The position numbers and the translations under genes were made by a program. A stretch of 46,667 nt of DNA from Octopus bimaculoides (lineage: Eukaryota). Positions 34,362-46,667 of this stretch are shown here, in pieces. The notes under the pieces were generated by a model that ran no database searches, had not been told where the DNA came from, and saw only the letters and a program-made list of their open reading frames with translations. Within the stretch, counting starts at the first letter, position 1, and every line of letters begins with the position of its first letter. The DNA lies in contig NC_068985.1 of NCBI RefSeq assembly GCF_001194135.2, positions 72,685,975 to 72,732,641 on the forward strand. Direction: 5' to 3'.

Positions 34362-35673
34362 GTATGTATGTGTGTATATATACNNNNNNNNNNNNNNNNN
34401 NNNNNNNNNNNNNNNNNNNNNNNNNNNNNNNNNNNNNNNNNNNNNNNNNNNNNNNNNNNNNNNNNNNNNNNNNNNNNNNNNNNNNNNNNNNNNNNNNNNN
34501 NNNNNNNNNNNNNNNNNNNNNNNNNNNNNNNNNNNNNNNNNNNNNNNNNNNNNNNNNNNNNNNNNNNNNNNNNNNNNNNNNNNNNNNNNNNNNNNNNNNN
34601 NNNNNNNNNNNNNNNNNNNNNNNNNNNNNNNNNNNNNNNNNNNNNNNNNNNNNNNNNNNNNTATATATATATATATGTATATTAAATAAAATGAGACAAA
34701 GCCAAGGCTGTGTGGAAATTTTAGGACATTTTTAAAGTAAAAGTTAGTTTCACAGCTGTTTCTGGGATATTAGGGATATCCCTTCATCAGAGACAATGTG
34801 AGATGGTTAAATATGAGGAGTTATTTTGGAAAAGAAAGCAAATAAGGAGTATGTAGGGAAATAGGAGAATGAATGTAGAAATAAAAATAAAAATGTATAA
34901 AGATTTTATACTTGCAGTTCCATTATGCAAGGAAAGTGGTGTGTAGAAGTGGTAGAAATGCTTCCTGTCCGTGGTATGTAAATTGCAGTAGAAGTTCATA
35001 TTTTGTCATCACAAATGGAAAGCGTGGAGATGTAGTTTCCATGTACAATTCATTCAAAGAGGTGGTTGTGTATGTGTATATATATATGCATGCGTATGAG
35101 TTCAAATACACAAGTACGCAGGCCTATATAATAATACACAAACACACACACACATATGTACATGTGTGTGTGTGTGTATATTGGTATACGCTTCTTTCTC
35201 TCTCTCTGATTCCTCTAACAACACTATCACATTAGCCTGTAGAATAAACTCATGAGCCTATTTATAGTAACTTGACCATTCTTAGTATTCTTCCCTTCCA
35301 ACTTGTAGTTTACTACTCACTTTAGAAAACCCCCTCCTCTACCTTTTCTATAACCATCCCTTAATGCCATTCTAACATATCACCCCACCTCACACATATC
35401 CATTAAGTACATTCTTATCTCTTCCTTCCCCCTGCTCTTCTCCCCCCTCATAATATCTTGACCACCAACTAATACTCCTTTTTTCACTTTTTCTTCCTTA
35501 CACTTTTCATTTTTTCTTCTTGTTTTCATTTTCTCTTCCTCTTTCTTTCCTTTTTCTTTTCTCACCTTTTCCTTTGACCTCCCTCTTCATTTTAACACAC
35601 ACATCTCTTCTCCCCTCTCTATCCACTTATTACTACCACTACATTCTCAAATTATATGTGTGTGTGTGTATAC

Positions 35674-35704
<31 letters not shown>

Positions 35705-35713
35705 CGTATATAA

Positions 35714-36320
35714 TTGCTGATGTGGCCGATGACAGTAAGTACCGCCTGATTGGCGCTCATGCTAGTGGAACGTTAAAAGCACATCTGAACGTGGGGTGTA
35801 ACTGGCCCACTTATGAGTACCCCTCATTCATTGGACAATGAACTTTGCTTGCAAAGACCTACTGAAGCAAGTGTAAACAAATCAAAATCGCTGACGTGGC
35901 TGATGACAGTACCACCTGATTGGCACTCATGCCAGTGGAACATTAAAAGCACATCTGAGCGAGATTGTTGCCAGGACCATGGATTGGCTCCCGTGCCGGT
36001 GACACGTGTAAAGCACCATTTGAGCGTGATTGTTGCCAGCGTTGCTTTACCGGCACATGTGCTGGTGGCACGTGGAAACAACATTCAAGCATGGTTGTTG
36101 CCAGTGCTGCTGGACAGGTTTCCATGCAGGTAGTATGTAAAAACACCTTTTAAGCATGGTCGATGCCAGTCCTGCCTGACTGGCCCTCATGTCGGTGGCA
36201 CATAAAAGCACCCACTACACTCTTGGAGTAGTTGGCAGCCATTTGGTTCACCAGTCCTCAGTCAAATTGTCCAACCCATGCTAGCATGGAAAGCGGACGT
36301 TAAACAATGATGATGATGAT
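35714..36320 (+). mobile_element. RTE 3' UTR-type element with expanded internal tandem modules
   Basis: About five to six gtgg(a/c)acgt(t)aaaagcac-like units, then ccaacccatgctagcatggaaagcggacgttaaac..(gat)n. Confidence 0.75.
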
Positions 36321-37439
36321 GTGTCCCATTATGTCTCAAAGTTAGCAGTTCATCAATCAGAGACCTATGAAATAAATGCCGGATTGAAATATGTACTGAT
36401 GTTAGTATGATCAATTCAATTTTTCGAGGTAGTATCCCATCATACCGACAGCCAAAAGACTAAGCCCTGTAAAATAATTTTTAAAAACTTAGTGACTTCA
36501 AATTTAAGGTAATAGATTACTAACCAGGAGAACTTCGTATTGAACTTCCACCCTATACGATAACACNNNNNNNNNNNNNNNNNNNNNNNNNNNNNNNNNN
36601 NNNNNNNNNNNNNNNNNNNNNNNNNNNNNNNNNNNNNNNNNNNNNNNNNNNNNNNNNNNNNNNNNNNNNNNNNNNNNNNNNNNNNNNNNNNNNNNNNNNN
36701 NNNNNNNNNNNNNNNNNNNNNNNNNNNNNNNNNNNNNNNNNNNNNNNNNNNNNNNNNNNNNNNNNNNNNNNNNNNNNNNNNNNNNNNNNNNNNNNNNNNN
36801 NNNNNNNNNNNNNNNNNNNNNNNNNNNNNNNNNNNNNNNNNNNNNNNNNNNNNNNNNNNNNNNNNNNNNNNNNNNNNNNNNNNNNNNNNNNNNNNNNNNN
36901 NNNNNNNNNNNNNNNNNNNNNNNNNNNNNNNNNNNNNNNNNNNNNNNNNNNNNNNNNNNNNNNNNNNNNNNNNNNNNNNNNNNNNNNNNNNNNNNNNNNN
37001 NNNNNNNNNNNNNNNNNNNNNNNNNNNNNNNNNNNNNNNNNNNNNNNNNNNNNNNNNNNNNNNNNNNNNNNNNNNNNNNNNNNNNNNNNNNNNNNNNNNN
37101 NNNNNNNNNNNNNNNNNNNNNNNNNNNNNNNNNNNNNNNNNNNNNNNNNNNNNNNNNNNNNNNNNNNNNNNNNNNNNNNNNNNNNNNNNNNNNNNNNNNN
37201 NNNNNNNNNNNNNNNNNNNNNNNNNNNNNNNNNNNNNNNNNNNNNNNNNNNNNNNNNNNNNNNNNNNNNNNNNNNNNNNNNNNNNNNNNNNNNNNNNNNN
37301 NNNNNNNNNNNNNNNNNNNAATCTTTTGATTCCTCTTACATCAAAATCAGCAACTCAGTTTTCGAGTCCATAAGGAATATATGCGTGCACACACACACAC
37401 ACACACACAAACTCTGTCTCATATATATATGGACTAACA

Positions 37440-37672
37440 GTGCACCAGCATGAGTGCTTTTTATGACCCCAGCACAAGTGCTTTTTATGTGGCACCAACA
37501 TCAGTGCTTATGTGGAATCAATACCACTCTCAGTTCTGCTGTGGTGGACAGGTCTTCTTGAGTATAGCAAGGTACCAGATATCTCAGTCCTTTGTCTTCT
37601 CTTCAGTAAGGCTCAGCGTCTTGGGATCAGCCTCCAATACTTTGTCCCATGTCTTCGTGATTGTCACTTCTG
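37440..37672 (-). mobile_element. RTE ORF2 C-terminus and start of 3' UTR
   Basis: KTWDKVLEADPKTLSLTEEKTKD*DIWYLAILKKT followed by ggtgccacataaaaagcac modules. Confidence 0.75.
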
Positions 37673-37699
37673 TAATTATATATATATATATAAATGGAA

Positions 37700-38160
37700 C
37701 AAAAACACAATAGAGGGCATTAAAACATTCGGACAGATAGACGATACAAAGGTGGACAAGAGAAACAACATTTAGAAGGACAGGCTTAAAAAAGACTGGT
37801 TGTTCTTGGCTTTCTTTCATCAGTCAAGTCTCAGAAGTCACAACCATTTCGGGCAGTTACACTTAAGATGGTTTGATCTGGTTGCCCCCAAAAAAGTCTA
37901 AGCTAAGAGCATTAGACCCCTTTGTAAGAAAGTTAGCGAATGTGTACGGCAACAAAGACAAAAAAACAAACAAACAAACAAAAAAGACCCGGAGAACATG
38001 GTACACAATTACGAATACAAACAACAAGAAATAACAACAGGCATCTTTCGACTGAGAACGAATCAAATTGAGCTGGTGTGTATGAAGTGAAAGCCTAAAG
38101 GCAGGAACATGGGCGATGGACACGAGGTGTTGGCAGTTGGCAGTCAGGCCAAGAAAAGAA
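37700..38160 (+). mobile_element. Possible RTE-like LINE C-terminal remnant
   Basis: QLHLRWFDLV, KTRRTW and WAMDTRCWQLAVR in expected order across frameshifts. Confidence 0.35.
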
Positions 38161-38732
38161 GATCATGTGCTTGCTTCTTTACCATTGTGTCTCTGAAATT
38201 AAGGAGACATTTCCTGTTTATTTGAACTTTAGTTTTGAACATGTAAGTTGGTCTAATGTGTCAACAGTTTCCATATATTTGTGTTATTCTGTTGAGTGTT
38301 TCTGTGAGTGTGTGTCTGTGGAGTGCAAGCTACTTGTACATTAATACTTCTAGTAGGCTGTTCCGTTGATCAGATCAACTAGATGACTTGTCATTATAAC
38401 TGACAGAGTGACAGTGTTAAGAAATGTAAAGAAAAATAAGAACTGAATGCAGATTTGCTTATCAGTTGGACTATGTCTTTATTTATGGAAGATGTCAACA
38501 ATGTGTTTAAATGTATGTTGTCTAGTTCCTAATTATGTTGGCTGAGCAGACTTATGAATGGAAGTGTTCCAACCACCCTATCTTTTTTCTATATCTAGCA
38601 TTGTATTATCTGATTTGTTGTTCCTATTTTAATATAGCAGAGTGTGTTTTGAGGAAGATTTGGTTGTTATTTCTTGCAAGTCGAGTACCAGGTAAAATCT
38701 CTCTCCTTGGTTTATTTCTGCATGTCTTTTAT

Positions 38733-38922
38733 CTTTTACTTCTTTTAGTCATTGGACTGCTGCCATACTAGGGCATCTCCTCAAAGAGTTTTAGTTAAAT
38801 GAATCATTTCCTCCTCTACCAGTACTTTAGTTTTGTTAATCATGGTACTTATTCTATCAGTCTCTTATGTTAAACTCCTAAGTTAGGATGTAAACAAACC
38901 AACACTGGTTGTCAAGTGTGGT
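38733..38922 (-). mobile_element. SINE family B, 3' part
   Basis: agtcattggactgctgccatac...gtacttattctatcagtctc...ggttgtcaagtg. Confidence 0.65.
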
Positions 38923-39479
38923 GCTGGTCATGGAGGAATCAACTCAAAAACCCCTCGGATAGATAAATATATATATACTGAATCTGCTTTATAAAAGCAT
39001 GAAGTGCTCTTCCTAGTTAACAGATGAATTGGTAGCAGTTGATTAAGTGTTTTAACTAATTAACTGCTATTTGTTCACCCGTTGACACTTCTCACAATAT
39101 CTCCTTCATATTCTAGCAGCGATCTACTTCTTGTAGTATCATGTGACATTTCTGAACCTTTTCAGTGAACTGAGGCATACAGAATTGAATCTTTTGTTGT
39201 CATATTTCTATTGAAATAATCTATTTTAATTTTGAAAATAATAAAGAATTTAGTAAAATAACTTTGCCATTATTAAACTGGTGTTTAGAGCATAAATTAA
39301 ATTGGAAGGTTTTAATTGAGATAATTTTTAAAATAGGAAGTTTGTATCATAGAACCAGGGGCTATGTCAGGGAGGTCAGCATCAACAGGATTTAGTGCTA
39401 ATCCTGAGTAAATGTGTACTGCCAAGATTGTGACACATGTTAACTTGGATTGTAGTCTTCTGTGATATGACAGTGCAAA

Positions 39480-39660
39480 TAATAATAATGATAATAATAA
39501 TAATAATAATAGTGGTTTCAAATTTTGGCACAAGGCCAGCAATTTCAGGGGAGGGGTAAGTCGATTACATTGATACCAGTGTTCAACTGGTACCTATTTT
39601 ATCACCCCCCCCCAAAAAAAAGGATGAAAGGCAAAGTCGACTTTGGCAGAATTAATTTCA
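39480..39660 (-). mobile_element. SINE family A with (TAA)n tail
   Basis: ggatgaaaggcaaagtcgactttggcagaatt preceded by a TAA array. Confidence 0.75.
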
Positions 39661-40418
39661 CCTGGCGTAGTAACAGTTCTGCCAGCTCAATAATATATGC
39701 CCTGATTCCAGTACCAGGCAGTGGTTCTCATGGTTTCTGATCTTAACTGATTGGAAGTGTTAACATGCACATGTTTTCATCTCGGTATAAAAGATGGTCT
39801 ACAGCAAATATTCTGCTCTATGCCACAGATTTGCTTGTCAGTTGCTTTACCTTAACCAGCTGGGCATTTCCCCTAGTATCTGATTATATGTGCATCTCTG
39901 ATCACATAGGCATGTGTTAAGTGGGATTCTTTGTGGTTTGAATAATTCATCCCGGGAAACATGAGTGTTTTGTTCATCATCCTTAAACAACTCTTATTTT
40001 GATACCATCAACCACAGTATTTGACTGGTATTTTACCCACCTGAGAGGGATGAAGAGCAAAGTTAGTCTCAGTGGTGTTTGAACTCTGTCCATTCTTCAC
40101 TCTTTTTGTCTTCTCACTTTCATTTTTTTTCTCTCATTTTTACTTCTCTCTTTACTCTGTTCTCTCTCTCCTCTTGTCTGTTTGATTCTAACCTTCCCAC
40201 AATAGCTTTATCTTCTTAAGGTTCTAATTCTACTACCTAACTTTTTTTTCGAACTCTGACCTGCTACAGAGCACTTTGTTCTCCATCCTGGCTCTTTCTT
40301 CATTCAAGGGCTGAAGTCCAACCACCCACTCATTTCCATTTAGCATTACACTTTGCACAGTCATCTCTGCTTCATTGTTACTCTTACTTTTTTCTCTTTT
40401 TCAAAAGTTTCACTTCAT

Positions 40419-40626
40419 TCTTTTACTTGTTTCAGTTATTTGACTGCAGCCATGCTGGAACACTGCCCTTTTTAGTTGAAGAAATTGACTCCAGGACTTA
40501 TTCTTTGTAAGCCTGGTACTTATTCTATCAGTCTCTTTTGCAAAACTGCTAAATTACAGAGACGTAAACACCAACATTGGTTGTCAAGCGATGGTATAGG
40601 GGACAAACATAGACACAAAGAGATAA

Positions 40627-40673
<47 letters not shown>

Positions 40674-40833
40674 ACAGGCTTCTTTTAGTGTCCATCTACC
40701 AAATCCACTCACAAGGCTTTGGTAGGCCTGAAGCTATAGTAGAAGACCCTTGCCTAGGGTGCCATGCAGTAGGACTGAACCCATGACCATGTGGTTGGGA
40801 AGCAAGCTTCTTAGCATGCAGCTATGTCAGCGC
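40419..40833 (-). mobile_element. SINE family B, near full length
   Basis: Same layout as 16686-17073, including the internal (CA)n. Confidence 0.85.
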
Positions 40834-41796
40834 CTAATATATCCCTGTTTAATATACTTTATAATTTTGCCCTGTATTCTGTTCAGCTTAGCCATATGAG
40901 CTAATTTTGCATGAATTTTGTAGACCTGTTGTCATCCTGTCTTGACCCTAAACTAGGGTGCACTGAAATGAGTGTGCAGTTCTGTTGATTGATGTGCCAA
41001 AATTGCCTTGACCTTCAGTCAGCAGCTGATGAAAGACTAGTGTTAACATTTTGTATTTTGTCCTTTGTGTTTTACCTGTTGTCTGTATATAATAGATTAA
41101 AAGCTTTGTACATGCCAGCAAATTTATTGCTTGTTGTTTACATATAAGAACAACAGTTCTTCATGGGCTGTGAAGTATGATGAAGCATGATGAAGCTGAT
41201 GAAGCATGAATATATAGGAACATGTGTCCTAAATTTCAATGACATCATTTAGGGTCTCGTTCTGTATTTTCACACACACTGGCTATAAGGAGAATTTCTC
41301 TTCAATGACAGTTCCTACTGTGAAGGTCTTTCCATGCTTGAGTGTACACCAACATGTTAAATATAAATGTACACAACTCTATGTATTTGAGGTATATGTA
41401 TGTTTATTTGTGCATGCTCTTAATTGCTGTGAGATGTGTGCATGTTCATTCTTGTATGTTTGTTTGTGCATGTTCTCTAAGGCATGTGTTTGTGTATGCA
41501 CATATAAGTTCTTAAGTCTTGTGTACTTATATTAGTGTTTGTGTGTCTCTTTACATATGTGTGTCCTACTGCTCACACTTTCCATTAATTTCTCCTCCCA
41601 CCACTGCATCCTTTTTTATTTTCTTTCATTCTTCTCCCTCCTTTATTTACTTGCTTTCCCTTTATCTTCCCTTCCTTGTTTCCTCTCTTCTCTCTCCTTT
41701 CCTCCTATTACACCTTAGTGGAACAGAAAAGAAATAAACACGTATACATATAAATATACATTGAAGTTTTGTTGTCTTGGGAGGGTCATTACATCA

Positions 41797-42012
41797 AGGT
41801 GGCAAGCTGGCAGAAACGTTAGCATGCCAGGCGAAATACTTGGCAGTATTTTGGCTGTCTTTACGTTCTGAGTTCAAATTCCGCCGAGGTCGGTTTTGCC
41901 TTTCACACTTTCAGGGTCGATAAATTAAGTTCCAGTTGTGTACTGGGGTTGATCTAATCAACTGCCCCCAACCCAAAATTTCAGGCCGTGTGCCTAGAGT
42001 AGTAAAGATTAA
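41797..42012 (+). mobile_element. SINE family A, best-preserved copy
   Basis: ggtggcaagctggcagaaacgttagc...gttctgagttcaaattccgccgaggtcg...; CpGs retained. Confidence 0.9.
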
Positions 42013-42689
42013 TAACACATGCATAGGTTAAATTCCATTTCTTTATTGTTAGGTCATTAGTTAAATACTTAACCAACTAGCTAATTGATCATTTGCTTAA
42101 CATGCTGGTTTGTTACTCAAACTTCTTTTGTTGCTGTTCGTGATTCTTTCAGGGAATTAGTGACTGCCCCAGTCATTCTAAGGTCTGCTTTGTGTCTGTC
42201 TGAGAATTGGTCCAAACACCCATTTTGTCTAAACACCCAAGAGACAAATATTTGAGAATGTCCTCATAAAACAAGACATTACCAATATTGAATAGAAAAT
42301 ATACGTAGTAGATAATAGAACTTCAATACCACTGTTAGTACTTGCATAATATGCATATATGGGTGCATCTGTGTAATTAGGTAGGTAAGTGGGTAGGTGG
42401 ACATGTATGAGGTAGTATTGGCAGATATGTAAAGGGAAGGATTAGAATGACAGCAGAATGCAGGTAAGCCCATACAAATAAATACATGTAAAAAATATTT
42501 ACAATTCCGATACACATCCATGCACACACACAGGAATACAAGAACACACAATCATGCACACAAAAATGCCATGCATACACATGTACACACACACACACAC
42601 TCACGCGTGTGTGCTTGCACAGAAAGAAACATGTGCAGGTACATGTGCACATGCACATACAGGCACATATGCACACATACATATACAGG

Positions 42690-42728
<39 letters not shown>

Positions 42729-43460
42729 CACACACACACTACACACACACATTGATACTCTGCTTATTCAAAAAACCACAAGTCATGCATATTCGCATAC
42801 CAGAATACACTCAAATAAAAAAACAATCACACACACACACACACACACACTTATACAAACATAGTCACTGACAGAACTGACTCAACTACACAAACACACA
42901 CACTAGACCACAAAAATTATACTCTCACACGTGTGTGCACGCAAATGCTCACACACACCTACCCTGTTCTACTCTCTCCCTCCCCACATTACTACACCCT
43001 AAACCCATACACCTCCAGCATATGACACTAACCAAGAACAAAAAAAAAACAAAAAACAAAATGCTGAACCCTTAAAGAGGTTTCAGATAACTAGTGCACA
43101 AACATACACAAACACATACACACATGCAAGTAGTCACATGGGTCTACACACATCATCACACGTGCATATACACACACAAGCCCTTTGATTACCTCCTCTT
43201 CTAAGCAAAAACGCATCTACACACACACACACACGTGAGCATACACAGACAGAAGACCAATTCTCAAACAGATGCAGAGCAGACCTTGGAATGAGAGGGG
43301 AAGTCCAGTAAGTTACTGAAAGGGTCACAAACAGCAACATAAAAACTAACAAACAATCGGCTGATTGTTTAATTAGCACATTAAGCAGATGATCAATTAG
43401 TTAGTTGGTTAGATATTTAACCAATAAAGAAGTGGCATTTAATCAGTGTGTGTGTGTTGT
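42011..43460. mobile_element. Element defined by inverted arms (about 42011-42110 and 43370-43460) with CA-rich interior
   Basis: taaccaactagctaattgatcatttgcttaa versus ttaagcagatgatcaattagttagttggtta. Confidence 0.6.
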
Positions 43461-43573
43461 TATTGCTGTAATGATTCTCCAAAGACACAACAGGATTTGT
43501 TTCAACACATGAATTCACATCAAGAATCTTGCAAACCTAACACAAAAAATGTAGTAACATAAAGTTTATTATA

Positions 43574-43605
<32 letters not shown>

Positions 43606-43616
43606 ATACATATATG

Positions 43617-43827
43617 CATGATAGTGCTAAAAATTCCTGACTTTAAGGGTGTCACGAAAAGCCTGGTTGGAAGCCTAACCTTCTGTGTTCTTTTACAGGT
43701 TTAGAAAAACTGAAAGACCACTGCAATAAGCAAGTGAATGTGAGAGGGGGAATATGTTGAATAAAATTATAATTGATCCTTCTGTATTTTTTTTAACCAA
43801 AGCCAGGGACTTTTCAGCACCTCCTTG
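43617..43827 (+). mobile_element. Mariner-derived MITE, same family as 27651-27865
   Basis: Collinear similarity, including aaagccagggacttttcagcacctccttg. Confidence 0.75.
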
Positions 43828-43887
43828 TGCACATGCGTGCATGTGTATGTGTCTGTATACATATATACATACATATATATGTATGTG

Positions 43888-43930
<43 letters not shown>

Positions 43931-44039
43931 AACCTAGGCATGTCGCCTTGTGTTTGAGATATTTGGCTCATAATCATACATAATGTTGTAGGTTAATTCT
44001 TGGACAAAGTGGTGCAAAGCAACATATGAAACCAGAGGT

Positions 44040-44488
44040 GTCACAACTTGACCGCCATCACCACCATAACAGTAACACCACCACCACCAAAACCCCACTA
44101 CCTCCACAACCACCACTACTACTCTTGGCACCACAACTAGCACTGTTCCTCACACCCCTGCCATCACTTTTATACCAATTGCTATCAGAACATTACCATC
44201 ACCACCATCATACACCCCCACCACTAGTACTACCCTCTCCTGGAACCACGACACTTCTGCTACTATAACAATATCACTGCTTACTCTCACTGCCACATCC
44301 ACCACCACCACTCACCACTGCCCCTTCACCACCATTGCCACTACTGTTGCAACAACCATCTTATGTTACTCTTTGGACAGTTTATTATTATCTTTTTTTT
44401 TTGTCTTATATTTGTTTTCAATTTTCTTTTCATGTGTGTGTGAAACTGAGACCATCACATGTATGCACATGTGTGTATGTCTATGTCT

Positions 44489-44548
<60 letters not shown>

Positions 44549-44595
44549 ATATATGTGTGTGTGTGTGTGTATGTATGTGTATGTGTATATACATA

Positions 44596-44651
<56 letters not shown>

Positions 44652-44670
44652 CATGTGTTTGTGTGTGTGT
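44040..44670. repeat. Degenerate (CAC/CAT)n tract followed by (CT)n and (TG)n microsatellites
   Basis: Directly visible. Confidence 0.9.
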
Positions 44671-46139
44671 GTCTACCCATCTGCCTTCTCTCCAAGACAA
44701 TGTACTTGTTTAGAGACTTATCAGATCTTTCTTTGAAATATCTTCTGTCCTGTTTAACATGTGATGATGGGGAATGGTGTGGACGTTGTGCTGATGTTGC
44801 TGTTCTTCAGCCCATCATTCAACCAGCAGTGTTTCGCACATGACAACTCGTCCTTTGGGATAATTACATATTTGGTTCTACATGATTTAATGTCTTCTCT
44901 TCTTTCCAAGGCAGTTTGGTGTAATTGTGGAAGATTTTGCTGTTATTTCTGACTTGTCAGGAGACCAGGTAGAGTTTCTATGAGTTTCTTTTGCTCAGTT
45001 TGGGTCACTTTTTTAGTTTTAATGCTTGTTGTGTGGCTTCAAATTTACCCCAGTTGAGTAAACTTATGATCGAAAGCTTTTCGTTCGTGACCATTCCATC
45101 TTCTGAAGGATGTTAACTAATTTGTATATTTACATGGTAAATAAGTTATCGACTGCTATTTCTAGTGGACCAAGCAGCCATCCACCTAGAGGCTCTCTCC
45201 TTGGCATGCTGATGTCTTTGATTCACTACAGCACTAACATTTTAGAGTTAACTCCCTTTAACTTACATTTTTTTTTCTAATGGATTAAATTTCTTCAAAT
45301 GTTTGTATCTGAATTCTCCAGGAAGCAAAATAAAGTCAAAATTATATTTGCCTTTCCCTTCTTCCTTATCACCATAAAATCATTTATTAGTCTTTCTCAG
45401 AATTTTTTTAATATTTTATATTTCTTTATTTTCTCAGCTTCAACTCAACACAAGTTCTAGATCCACCTTCCCTAGTAGCCTGTCTTCTTCAATTCTCCAG
45501 ATTTATAATTTGTTCTTTGTCACATACTCCCTCTCTAGTTTCTCCTTTCCTAACCATGTATTCATTTCTTGTGTTAACATCTAACAGTTCACATTAAACC
45601 TAAGCTGTCCTCACACTCCCCATCCTCTAAACCTCAAAACCTCATGTGAAGACATCATACATGTAAGAGGATAGCTTGGCTAGGATAAAAATAGGCCTGT
45701 GACCAGCCTATCTTTTTCCAGGATACATTATTTAATGTGTTCTTTTTTCTTTCTTTTTTTTTCTAGAAAAAGAAGACATTTGTATGTAATTTAAGAGAAG
45801 TACTTATTAGAAATTCCTGTTTCTAATAGATATGCAACAACATAAAATGTTGTTGCATACTTTGAAGAATATATTTTTACATAGGCTTGAGCATAACAAA
45901 GCACTAATTATTAATCAACCTGTATCACCAGAGCTTTAATAATACACAATTATTGATTAGTAGTTACAGTTTGCTGAATGAAGTACAGTGTATTACAGTT
46001 ATTTGCTTTCCTGACTCTGGAGGAATGTTGTCGTAGGTTCACGACAGCATTTGAGAATAGAATGTAGATGGTTAAAGCAAAATTTTCTAAGCCATTTGGT
46101 TGAACACTTAACTACTCAGCACCTTTTCAACAGCAGCAG

Positions 46140-46328
46140 CAGTAGCAGGCCTGGAATTTTGGGTGGGTGGGCTAGTTCATTACATTGACCCCAATACTTG
46201 AATTGTGCTTATTTTATTGACCTCAAAAGAATGAAAGGCAAAGTTGGTCTTGACAGAATTTGAACTTGGAATGTAAAGATGAACGAAAAGCTACTAAGCA
46301 TTTTGCCTGACATGTTAGCTTGCTGCTG
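46140..46328 (-). mobile_element. SINE family A, degenerate
   Basis: gaatgaaaggcaaagttggtcttgacagaatttgaacttggaatgtaaag...ctaagcattttgcc. Confidence 0.75.
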
Positions 46329-46369
46329 TAATAATAATAGTAATAATGATGATGATAATAATAATAATG

Positions 46370-46403
<34 letters not shown>
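46329..46403. repeat. (TAA)n microsatellite with TGA/TAG variants
   Basis: Directly visible. Confidence 0.95.
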
Positions 46404-46667
46404 GGCTTTCGACTGTGTTCCCCACACGTGGATTCTGGAAACACTAGCCATAAACAAGGTGGCACCAATTATCATAAAATACATAGAGCACTCAATGAAC
46501 AAATGGCAGACAGTGCTACAGCTCCAAACAAAAGAGGGACTTGTGAAAACGAAAGCCATCCCCATTAGAAGAGGAATATTCCAGGGAGACACGCTCTCTC
46601 CACTCCTGTTCTGCCTGGCACTCACACCTCTAACAGAATTGCTAAATAGAACTGGATGCGGTTACAA
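46402..46667 (+). mobile_element. 5'-truncated R4/Dong-like (RLE-type) non-LTR retrotransposon RT, running off the right edge of the window
   Basis: KAFDCVP, a 1-nt frameshift, then an open frame from 46422: HTWILETL...MNKWQTVL...RRGIFQGDTLSPLLFCLALTPLTELLNRTGCGY. Confidence 0.85.

Noticed and set aside
35714-36220. Repeat-spacer-like pattern reminiscent of a CRISPR array
   Set aside because: Eukaryotic context, degenerate units with related spacers, no cas genes; it is the RTE 3' UTR tandem module.
41865-41882. tRNA B-box-like sequences as tRNA genes
   Set aside because: They are SINE heads; no cloverleaf or acceptor stem, and they continue into SINE bodies.
42377-44843. Many 80-156 aa ORFs rich in HT, CV, YI, LS or RE dipeptides, and ORFs spanning N runs elsewhere in the window
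   Set aside because: Translations of microsatellites or assembly gaps.

Overview
Eukaryotic, AT-rich, microsatellite- and transposon-dense genomic DNA with six assembly gaps. The SINE and LINE families look like those of octopod (Octopus) genomes; this is an inference from recalled repeat consensus, not a search. The only confidently recognisable host gene is the 5' end of a copper-transporting P1B-ATPase (ATP7A/B-like) on the + strand. It has a probable non-coding first exon ending at 21064, an ATG exon at 29955-30082 encoding the first half of heavy-metal-binding domain 1 (GMHCNSC), and no further recognisable exon before the window ends. A strong minus-strand splice donor at 20900 suggests a head-to-head promoter. 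It is followed by three splice-compatible open segments (20263-19600) with weak, collinear resemblance to a catalytically dead non-LTR reverse transcriptase. This is the most interesting candidate here, but it is unproven. The rest is mariner, maT, hAT and piggyBac-like elements and MITEs, tRNA-derived SINEs, RTE, CR1/L2 and R4-like LINE fragments, and simple repeats. There is no CRISPR array, rRNA or genuine tRNA gene, and nothing here demonstrates a new biological system. All alignments and counts were done by eye, and repeat boundaries are approximate unless TIR/TSD sequences are quoted.
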